Source of the DNA: Octopus vulgaris
Taxonomy: Eukaryota
DNA: 64,000 bases
NCBI GenBank assembly: GCA_951406725.2
Contig: OX597833.1
Coordinates: 32,674,001-32,738,000, forward strand
Reading direction: 5' to 3'
The notes beneath the pieces are model-generated. The model was not told the origin of the DNA, ran no database searches, and was given only the letters and a program-made list of their open reading frames with translations. Positions 51,785 to 64,000 of this stretch are shown here, one piece after another. Both the position numbers and the translations under genes were made by a program. How positions within the stretch are numbered: the stretch's first letter is position 1; each line of letters begins with the position of its first letter.

Positions 51785-51990
51785 GAATACATTCATACAC
51801 ACACACACGCACACACACATGTATATATATGAATACATTCATACACACACACACGCACACACACATGTATATATATGAATACATTCATACACACACACAC
51901 ATATATATATATATGAATACATTCATACACACACACACACACACATATATATATGAATACATTCATACACACACACACACGCACACACAC

Positions 51991-52000
<10 letters not shown>
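51770..52000. repeat. Compound minisatellite (ATATGAATACATTCATAC(AC)n units)
   Basis: About five GAATACATTCATAC units separated by AC/AT runs. Confidence 0.85.
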
Positions 52001-52037
<37 letters not shown>

Positions 52038-52357
52038 TAATCCAAACAAGAAAGCACAAAAAACACAACAACGCGAGGACGTGGAACAAATATAATATTA
52101 TTGGAGGGTTTAACGTTTCGAGCGTTAAAGAATAAAAACGGCAGATAATTCTACGTAATGCTAAATAGAAACTTATATATTTTACGTCACATTCATTAAT
52201 TACCTATTCATTCATTTAACATAATAAACCCTTCTATGGGTATTAACTATATTCTGCAATAAATGAACAATGTTTTGATGACATACATTTTCGTACATAT
52301 TATTATTAATTCTAATGATATTATGTATGTGCGTGTATGCGTGGGTGTGTGTGTGAA

Positions 52358-52393
<36 letters not shown>

Positions 52394-52800
52394 TGTATGT
52401 GTGTGTGTGTGTGTTTATGTTAATGTAATTGAAACAATTGTTGGATTTTTAATGTGTCATCTAAAATGAAGATATGATTTTCGTCGTACATATTATTGAT
52501 TGTTATATATATCAATATTATTATATAAATGATGTTAATATTTAAATTAATATCTAATAAGACTTTATAATATTTCGTATATTTTGAATTTTCTATTAAT
52601 TAGTATTTTGGTTCCATATTGTAGTCTGTGTGTGTGTATGTATGTATGTATATATGCATTTGTATACATATATGTGTATGTATGGGTGTATGTGTGTGTG
52701 TGTGTGAATGTTTGTGTTTGTAAATGTATGTGTACGTTTGTGTATATGAATGTACATGTAAATATATGTTTGTGTGTCTGTATGTCTATGAGTGCGAGTG

Positions 52801-52862
<62 letters not shown>

Positions 52863-53620
52863 TGTGTGTGGGGGGCGTGTAAATCCTATTTGTATAGATA
52901 AATATATTATATTATATACGAAACAGACTTTAGAAATGTTAACTTATAATAATACACTATATTTAAAGTAAGGAATATAATTAGTAAAGAAGATTTGCTT
53001 TATTGAACTTTATAACGTCATGCATAATTTTGTTTGTATATTATTGCTGAGCGTAATAATTTAGATTGGTCGTTTTGTTTGAAGTTTATTCTATCTATCT
53101 ACTGCAATCACGCAAATTTTATTTAACGTTCCTAAAAGCGAAAATGCTCTTAACGGTTAACAGAGATTTGCGTTATTTATATTTACCTATATGACAATTT
53201 CAAATGGTGTAGCTAGGAACTTTTTCTTAAATTCTCTTATGAAGCTGTTTCACTAATTGATTAATTATTAAAGTATTTAATTATATAATGAAAAATGGAT
53301 ATGCCCTTGGTAAATCAGCTGAAACAAATGTCGGACATTATATTTATTTATTGATGTCTATATTATATATATTTTATAAATATAAAAATATATGAATAAA
53401 TAATCAATATACCAGTTTTTCATTGTTAACTTAATTTTATATTCTCTGGACCTATGTACATCATGTATCAAAATACATGTATTTGTTGGAAATACTATAT
53501 GTCCTTCGGTCCTCTTCTGAGACTTATTATATATCTACCTGGAATTATCTCCCAACTTTGATATATATATATATATATACACGCACGCACGCACACACAG
53601 ACACACACACACACACACAC

Positions 53621-53679
<59 letters not shown>

Positions 53680-53981
53680 CACATATATAAAGAATAAAAT
53701 GTTTTGAATTGTGCAACAATGCACTATAATACAAACAATGGGCTATATACCTGTTGTAATTTAGTCTGCTATAGTCTCATAATATTTCGGAATAAAATTC
53801 CTTCTTCAGATATTCTTAGATGGAGTCGCTGCTATAATCGGTTTTCCAAGGACTTTTGTTCTTGTTTTTCGGAAGCATCTCAACAGTGGTCTCCCGAACC
53901 TCCTTCCGGAATTCCTCATGAGAATTGCGTGAGGTGGGCCATGTCTCAATCTCGTGAGTGCTAGTACATCCGTAGCGCCGC

Positions 53982-54088
<107 letters not shown>

Positions 54089-54499
54089 TAGAGGGAGAAT
54101 AATAATACAAAAGGAAAGTCATTCTTGCAGCGCACCTAAAATGTGATTAATATGAACAGAATATAACAAAAATTCAAGTGGATGACAGATTATTGTAGGT
54201 CAAGTTCCTTTATCATGGGAATACAAAATACCTAAAATTTCATCGAGATATTTGTTTTCAAGCGCTCCACTATTAGAGTCCAAAGAAGAACAGTATTACA
54301 AAACCTTACCATCGTTTCGAGGAATGCGTTTGTATTGGGCGAGTTTTCCAGCTGATACAAATAGTCACATTTCTTTCATCAGAGATACAAATAAATCGAT
54401 TAAAATATTTTAAAAATTGGGAAAGCTCAAAATATCTTACTTACAGAACTTGAAGTCATATGGATAAAGTTATATTATTTTAGAATTCAATCTAATGAA

Positions 54500-55880
54500 C
54501 ATCGACTTTCCTTAATAAAATAATAATGGTGGAGCAAATGAACCTTGGTGGAAACGACGCATTGAAATGGACATAATGCGGGCAAGATAAGCTGTAGGAA
54601 AAACTGAGCAACGGTTAAGAAGAAACTGGAAAAATGGGAAAAAGTCCGACCGAGAAAAAAATAGAGAAAAAATATAAAATACGAAAGAATGGGCTTGGTG
54701 CAGTAATAGAGCAGAGGATCATGGCAAAAAGCTAGAAGATCAGAAAATGCATGAACTGAAATAAGCAGTTCGAGGAGAAGAGATTGTTAAAAATATACCA
54801 AAGAAATTCTTCCGAACGTTAGAAGGAGACAATGGGGAAAATGTTGCTCCTGATGCAAATCAAGCCAAGGAGTCCTGCAGCGGATTATGGGGAAACAATG
54901 TGGTGCATAAAAGGGATGCAATGTGGATAAGCAGTATCAAGACAGAATTACAAAGAGGAAAGAAACGAAGGAATATTGTCATAAGCACGGGTGATGTGAA
55001 AGAACAAGTGGGTTAAGCCCCCGGTCCAGACGGTATTCATGGCTTTTGGCTGAAGATATGCCACGTGGTGCGTGAAAGAGTAGTAGCCCGATTGAATGAG
55101 TGTGTACAGAAAGGTACAGGTCCGCGCGCAGATTGTGACTGGGAGGACAACACTTATAACGAAAGACAGGAGAAAGATAAGGGGAATATTGTGGGGAAAC
55201 TACCGTCCCATAGCATGCCTAAACATAATCAGGAAGATACTACTGGAATATGTGAGGTGAAGCCATTTTCCTGGCACATGATGAAATACTACCAATGAAA
55301 CAAAAATGATGTAGGAAGAGTTCTCAGGGTACCAAGGATCACCTGGTCATCGATAAAACAGTTTTGACACATTGTAAAAAAAACATCATACAAACATGTC
55401 TATGGCTTGGATTTACTTTAAGAAGGCATATGATATGATGCCTCCTTCTTGGATCGTTGAATGCCTGCAGGTGTTTGTTTTTGCTCACAAAATCACAAAT
55501 TTTCTGTTACAGAGCATGAAAGAGTGGAGGACCAAATTGTACTCAAGTAATGTATCCCTTGGAGAAACTGATATTAAAAGGGGAACCTTCCAATGTGACT
55601 CGTTTTCTCCGTTACTTAATTGTAATTTCAATAATACCCATAACAATGAAACTTAGGAAAGTTAAGATCGGTTACCGATATGGGGAAAAAAGCCCATCAT
55701 TGAACCATCTTCTGTTTATGGATGACCTGAAATTGTTTGGGAAATCTGAAAAACAGATAGATTCCTAAAAAAAACAAAACAGTCCAGAAGTGTTATAAGG
55801 ACATCAGTATGGAATTTGGGATTACCAAATGCTCAGTACTTAATATGAAAAGAGGGAAGAAAGCATCCTGCAAAGGATTT
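54500..55880 (+). mobile_element. Decayed RLE-type (R4/Dong-like) LINE RT fragment, different family
   Basis: PWWKRRIE, PGPDGIHGFWLK, GTKDHLVIDK, AWIYFKKAYD, IKRGTFQCDSFSPL and HLLFMDDLKLF. Confidence 0.85.
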
Positions 55881-55884
55881 TAAT

Positions 55885-56400
55885 AGAAAATGATTGATAT
55901 GTATAGTGATTTACTGAACGCTATTAATATTGTTTGAAAAAAACGTTATATGATTTAACGTCAGAAGTAGTCTATAGAACTATTTTTCATTATTTTTCTA
56001 AAAAATCCCCAAGTAAACACGGTTATAGAGCTACATACCGATGTAAACATTGGCAAAACACACCTTTAGTTCATATAATATCTATCATTATATATAATTT
56101 AAACATTAATTTTCTTTTATATTTAACATTCACTAAAAATATCCCTCCTCTTTCTATAGGCTACTTCTCACTTTATATCATATAAAGTTTTTTTCAAACA
56201 ATATTAATAGCGTTCAGTAAGTCACTATAAATATCAATCATTTTCTGTTAAAATGTCTTATTGACGAGTTTCGTTTTTTCACTTCCCTGAAGAGAAAATT
56301 GCATTGTTTTATATCATTTATTCTTTTGAATAATATCAGTGAAATCTTCGAAACATGTTTCGAAAGTAAAAGTATTTGATTTATACCTGCGTTAAACTCC
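55885..56400 (+). repeat. Foldback (~60 bp arms) followed by hammerhead-like motif
   Basis: 55885-55948 is the reverse complement of 56187-56247. CTGAAGA..GAAACATGTTTC at 56281-56367. Confidence 0.7.
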
Positions 56401-56563
56401 ATTTATTCATCTATATATTATACAAAAAATTCCACGTAAACCCGAAGTTTCTACCTTTAAAAACAAGGAGTTACAACCTCTTTACTTGTGCGATTTTTTG
56501 CTACCCTGGTAACTATTTATCTATTTTTTCCGTGTTAATTGTTAACAAGGAGAAAATACACTC

Positions 56564-56725
<162 letters not shown>

Positions 56726-57364
56726 AATTAGAGATAAAACAACTATAATGCAACTCAAACAGTGATATACATAAACCAATACATAAATATATATAACATA
56801 AATTAGAGATAAAACAACTGGAATGCAACTCAAACAGTGATAGACATAAACCAATACATAAATAACCATATATATAATTTTTAAAAATATATAACTTGTA
56901 ACTAGATCTCAAAAAGTATAAAATGAATGATAAAAACGTAACGTAATATAATATGCAAAAACACTACTAAGTTTCATGGCTACAATTAAATTCGAATTAC
57001 AATTAAGTTCAAATTCAATTGAAATTAATTCGATTTAAAATTATAGTCAATCGTCAGGTTAATGATAATAGTTAAATAAATAAGCAAATAGAGTTAAACT
57101 ATATTTATTTAAGAAATAAATAATAATTTTTCTTATAGAAAAAACTCCATTAACTAAATTATAAACTTAAAACATTAGGATTATTTCCTACAACGCATTT
57201 ATTATATTAAATATTTAATTTTTAATTTTTAAGGTAAAAAATAGATAGAAATATGTATTTATCTTTGAAGATATAATTTGGCCTTAAATGATATAATAAA
57301 CTCTCGAATATCTTTAACTCAGTTATACTCCAATATTTAATTACCAAATTATTTAACAAAATAA

Positions 57365-58148
57365 TCTCTATATATAAAACTGAAATGCGTTTTTACCTCT
57401 TGGATCGCTTTCAAGGCCACTACATCCCGTCCGATTCACTCCAAAATTTACAGGGACATGTAAAATGAGGTGATGATACCCGTGGACTACCTTAGAAACC
57501 CCTTTCTTAAAAAGTGTGGTTACTAGGACCAAAAACCCACTTTGACAAGTCCACTCACGTTCTTTAATGTATCTGTCTTCCTCAACTCACTCTCGCTATT
57601 TCCTCTCTTCCCAGCACTTTTTCACTCACTCTATTTCCTACATTCCCATTACTTTCACTTTGTCAAACGGCGTTCTTTTATGTATCTGTCTGCATTCGTA
57701 GAGAGAATTACCATCGCCACCACCAACACCAATCATGACAACAAATATTATGAATCTCGCCATCGCTTTCTATTGTCTGCCTGTCAACGCGCCGATCGAG
57801 CAAATACAAACAGAACACACCAGCGAGAGTTCGTGTTCTGGTGATAACGTAGGCTTTTCGTATCTATTACATTTTAACATTTATTTAGAGCCCTGCAAAT
57901 TTTTCGTGCTACATTTTCATTTTTTACTACTTTATTATTTTTTCTTAAATTGATGCTTTTATTAAAATTAATTCTTATTGTCTGGGTCAACAGTTCGTTT
58001 CCTCGGAGGATATGGAAATTCCTATTACCCGTCAGAGAAATAACTCCAGCAGCTCACAACTATTTCAACAAAGACAAGGTTACCTGCTTACCAGTCGAAT
58101 TCAGCGTCAACGCTCACGTATGAGAGAGACTCCAACACACACACACAC

Positions 58149-58179
<31 letters not shown>

Positions 58180-59367
58180 ATGTGTGCATTATGTGGTCGG
58201 TTGAGATGAAAATATGCACACCTATGTTAAAAGTGCTTGCAAGTTTGCATGACAAGTATTTTTTTTCCTCAAATGAAACGCGTGACCTCTAGGACAAAAT
58301 TCCTCATCTTATCAAATGTGGCCCCAGTAGACCCGAATGAAATCGGGTTATATTAACCAAAATGTGAAAAGGGGTCTAAATGGGTCTGGAAGGGGATTAA
58401 AATTTAAAGGAGCGAGTGTTTAGGAATTCTCTGTTACATCAAGCTAAAAAATTTGCGCCAGCCTTTTAATCGTCAATGTGTTGCCGTCCATGATGAAGAA
58501 GTTTTCAATGCTTGCCATGGTGCGTCTACTGTCGTGAGAAAGAATCACTTCAAAACTTGGTATTTGGGGATTTTCTTTTACATCAAGTTCAAAATTTTAC
58601 GCCAGCCGTTAAACTGTCAAAACGTTGCTGTCCGTCGTTAAGAAATGCCAGCCATGGTGACTCTACTATCATCACATTCTATCCCTTCAAACTTTGGTTT
58701 CCAATATTTTATTATTTTTATTCAGCTCGCAAGTTCGTATGTCCCTTTTAAATGTTAGTGTTTTGCTGTCTGCCTTGAAGCAGACCTTTCTGTTGTTACT
58801 GCCTGATATTTATGATTGATCTTTCTAAATATTTTATTTCTCAACTTACTCAAGATCTTTTGTTGTTTATAAATGGGAGAGAGATAGATAAAGACTGAGA
58901 GTAAGAGAAAGCGAGGGAGAGTCCGAGAGAAAGGAAGAGTAAGAGAGTGGGGAAAGTGAGAGAGAAAGGAGAGAGAAACAAAGACGGAGAATCATCATCA
59001 TCATCGTTTAACGTCCGTTTTCCGTGCTAGCACGGGTTGGACAGTTTGACCGGGGTCTGGGAAGCCAGGAGGCTGCACCAGGCTCCAGTCTGATCTGGCA
59101 GTGTTTCTACATGTGGATGCCCTTCCTAACACCAACCACTCTGTGAGTGTAGTTGGTTCCTTTTTTCGTGCCGCCGGTACAGGTGCCAGGGGGGCTGGCA
59201 GCGGCCACGATCGGTTGGTGCTTTTTACGTGCCACCGGCACAGAAGCCAGTCAACGTGGTGCTGCAATCGGCCACGTTCGGATGGTACTTTTTACGTGCT
59301 GAAAGGAAGCAACAGAAAGTAACAACCACACTCTTACCCGCGGGTAGAGCGGGTCACCTTCAGTTAG
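57365..59367 (+). mobile_element. Non-autonomous Helitron, copy 1
   Basis: A|TCTCTATATATAAAACTG start, hairpin ACCCGC..GCGGGT, TTAG end. Confidence 0.85.
58993..59300 (-). mobile_element. Retroposon 3' fragment with (GAT)n tail (RTE-type tail) inside Helitron copy 1
   Basis: (CAT)nCGTTTAACGTCCG... block, absent from Helitron copy 2. Confidence 0.7.
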
Positions 59368-60948
<1,581 letters not shown>

Positions 60949-61471
60949 TCACTATTAATATTTTTACATTTATAATATTTATAATATTTATGTAAGTAAT
61001 AATGGACTAATTAATTTATATATTTTGGGTTATATGTCTATATATTTATTGATAGAGAACATTTTAGATTTTTAATTACTATATTTGTTAATTATAATTT
61101 AGATACTTATTTTTATGTATTTATTATTTTATAATTATTAGATGTGATCTTAAATCTAGAAATTAAATCTAGTAATTATTTTGTTAAATTATTTGGTAAT
61201 TGAATATTGGAGTTAAAGATATTCGAAAGTTTATTATATCATTTAAATCCAAATTATATCTTCAAAGATAAATATATATTTCTATTTATTTTTTTACCTT
61301 AAAAATTAAAAATTAAATATATAACATAATAAATGTGTTGTAGGAAATAATCCTAATGTTTTAAATTTATAATTTAATTAATGGAGTTTTCTATAAGAAA
61401 AAATATTATCTATGTATTTCTTAAATAAATTTATTTTAACTCCATTTGCTTATTTATTTAACTATTATCAT

Positions 61472-61574
61472 TAACCTGAAGATTGACTATAATTTTAAAT
61501 CGAATTTATTTCGATTGAATCTAAACTTAATTGTAATTCGAATTTAATTGTAGCCATGAAACGTACGTAGTGTT
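61472..61574 (+). ncRNA. Hammerhead-like motif, long stem II, GUA triplet
   Basis: CTGAAGA 61476-61482, TGACTATAATT..AATTGTAGCCA, GAAA-C-GTAC-G-TA. Confidence 0.65.
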
Positions 61575-61923
61575 TTTACATATATTATATTTTTATAATT
61601 CATTTTATACTTTTTGAGATCTAGTTACAAGTTATATATTTAAAAAAATTATATATATATATATATATATGTATTGGTTTATGTCTATCACTGATTGAGT
61701 TGCATATACCAGTGGTTTTATCTCTAATTTATATTTTATATATTTATACTGTGAAATTTGATTTATACTAAATTGAATTTTCCTCTGTAAGTTTGGAGTT
61801 ATACTCCCTAATATCATATATATATATAAATGCAGGTGCAAGTGAGGCTGCGTGTTGAGAAGCTTGCATCCCAACAACACGGTTTCGGGTTCAACACAAG
61901 CACAGGTACACACACAAGCACAG

Positions 61924-61975
<52 letters not shown>

Positions 61976-62152
61976 GTACAAAAGCTCATACCCTATTTTC
62001 TAATCAGTTTTACTAATATGGCTGTAAGCAGTCTGAGGCAGCGCCTTGAAGGAAGCAGTCGATCGTAGCGGCCTCAATATTTATTCTCCCATATCTTCTG
62101 TCCGTCTGCGAATTTAAATTGACAGAAACAAATTAGAAAACAGTGTATGTGC

Positions 62153-62189
<37 letters not shown>

Positions 62190-62221
62190 TGTGCGTGTAT
62201 GTATGTAAGTATGTATGTATG

Positions 62222-62266
<45 letters not shown>

Positions 62267-62269
62267 AAC

Positions 62270-62620
62270 ATAATGAGATAAAAATGTAAGGCTGTGAAAG
62301 ATTTCAGAACATTTATAAATAGAAGGTCTTACAGCTGTTTCCGGAATATTTTATATATCCCTTCATCGGAGACAGTGTGAGAAAATGGTTAAGCAATAGT
62401 TATTCTAGATAAGATATGAAATAGAAAGTGCAGTCGAAGAATGAAAATAGACGTGAGGTATGCAGGGATATTGTATCTGCAGTTCCATTATTTAGGCAGA
62501 ATGGTATACATATAAGATTCCTGTATCTTGTGAGCAAGTTCCAATAGTATTTAGAATTGGTCATTCCAAATATAGAGTTTGTAAACGGTGTTATTGAATC
62601 GATGGTTGCATTGGCTCGTG
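62270..62620 (-). mobile_element. PLE terminal-repeat remnant with hammerhead-like motif
   Basis: GTCT-CCGATGA-A-GGGATA..TATTCC-G-GAAA-CAGCTG-TA-AGAC at 62326-62373. Homologous to 130-560. Confidence 0.65.
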
Positions 62621-63245
62621 ATATAATTCAACAAAGAGGGCACTCCCTCTAGTGAGAATCAAATATTTCTGTTTAAGGATCACAATACATATCTTCGGGC
62701 GCTACTAATAGTTTCAGGTGTCTGAAATTCAATACACGTTTTTTCAGGAGCCTGAAAAACCTGTTTGAATTAATAGTGAAATTATTAGTTACACCCAAAG
62801 ATATGTATTATGATCCTTAAATAGCAATATATATATATATATGCACATATTTGTGTGTGTGGGCGTGTGGGTATAAATGAGTGCTCTTTCGACATTTAGT
62901 TATATATATATATATGTATGTATATAAATTAGAGAAGAACCACCATGTAGCAATTCAACAATGATATAATTAAATCATACCTTATAGAAAAGAATTAAAT
63001 ATACGATGAAACATTTACCTACAACTAAATAAAGTACAAAATAATAAATAAGGATGTTTACATTGTGCTTCTTTAAAATATCATAAACGCTTACTTGTTT
63101 AAGCATTGATCTGGAGTCCAATTTCTTGACCCAGCACTCATAGCCATGGTTTTCCTCAAAGTAGTTAATCTTGATATTTATGCTAGGTCTGCCACTACAC
63201 ATCGAAGGTACTCGGGCATTCCTTTCACTCCTGATACATCCACAT

Positions 63246-64000
63246 TTATAATACAGTCCCACTCACCTTTTCCTTAACCTCCACGGGTAGTGGAGCATCA
63301 GCCGCTTTCTCATTCTCTCGTCTCTCCTTAGCTTTCACAAGTGGTGAAGAACAACCCGCTCTAATGTGGACATTTAGGCCACATTTATAGCACCGAGGAA
63401 TCCACCCTTCCCCTCTGACTTTCAGTGTTGCGTTTCCGGCTGTAATTGTCTCTACCGTATTTGCGATAACTTCCACTGCAACTTGTACCACCAAATCGAA
63501 ACTTTGTCCTTGCCAGTTCCTGTGGGATGTTCTGGTGGCCTGGAAGACCACTACCGTCTCCATGCCTAGTAGTTTGGCAGCTACAAGCCAGGCTGCATTC
63601 TCTTCTGGGGGTATGTCTTCTACCCTAAGCCTGGAAGCACGTCTCCCAAAGTATACGGGTAGAAGCGCCACTTCATCAGTTTTCAACGGTGTTGCTTAGT
63701 GCAGCCTGGCAGTAGCTACCTCCCGAAACCGCACCTCCACTGTTCCAAGTTTTCTACCTCTGGCGAGGTAGGTACTTCCTTGCCAGATTGGTTTAAGCAC
63801 CTTTTCTATTTGAACCGTTGACATGACTTCAATCTTCCTGGCTGCTGCCAAGTATGTTCTGTTAATTATGGTTTTTTTCATTTTTGTTTTTTAACACTTC
63901 TTTGGGGGAGAACACCTTCACTTCGTATCCCCCACTTTTAATAATTTTCTTGAACTTGCTTATATTCTCCAGCCTCACGTCTTCGCTTTTTTCTTTCGTC
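63246..64000 (-). pseudogene. Third Tx1-type ORF1 (5' end runs off the window)
   Basis: IEKVLKPIW..YLARGRKLGTVEVRF, LKTDEVALLPVYFGRR.SRLRVEDIPP and CYKCGLNVHIRAGC align with ORF1 39271-40011. Confidence 0.82.

Noticed and set aside
51770-52000. Regularly spaced repeats resembling a CRISPR array
   Set aside because: Spacers are AC/AT microsatellite runs, the context is eukaryotic, and no cas genes are present.

Overview
This window is repeat-saturated eukaryotic DNA with no host gene exon I can support. The (TA)n/(CA)n/(TATG)n richness and the SINE families resemble octopus/cephalopod repeats (inference from recall, not a search). It holds three tRNA-derived SINE families, a near full-length L1/Tx1-clade LINE, two Tx1-type ORF1 elements, a CR1/L2-group LINE, three R4/Dong-like LINE relics, Tc1/mariner relics, Helitrons (including a head-to-tail dimer), a deleted Gypsy element, a solo LTR, and many Penelope-like element (PLE) remnants and foldbacks. 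Two systems stand out. (1) A SINE-targeting Tx1 system: a two-ORF Tx1 LINE and an ORF1-only relative sit at the same nucleotide of two different SINE heads with target-site duplications (TSDs). They share a covarying 3' stem-loop and a GAAATA end. A SINE subfamily carrying a Tx1-like tail is also nested in a SINE head. (2) About 12 type I minimal hammerhead-ribozyme-like motifs from several unrelated families, many inside foldback inverted repeats. All alignments were done by eye, so boundaries are approximate unless a TSD or terminus is quoted.
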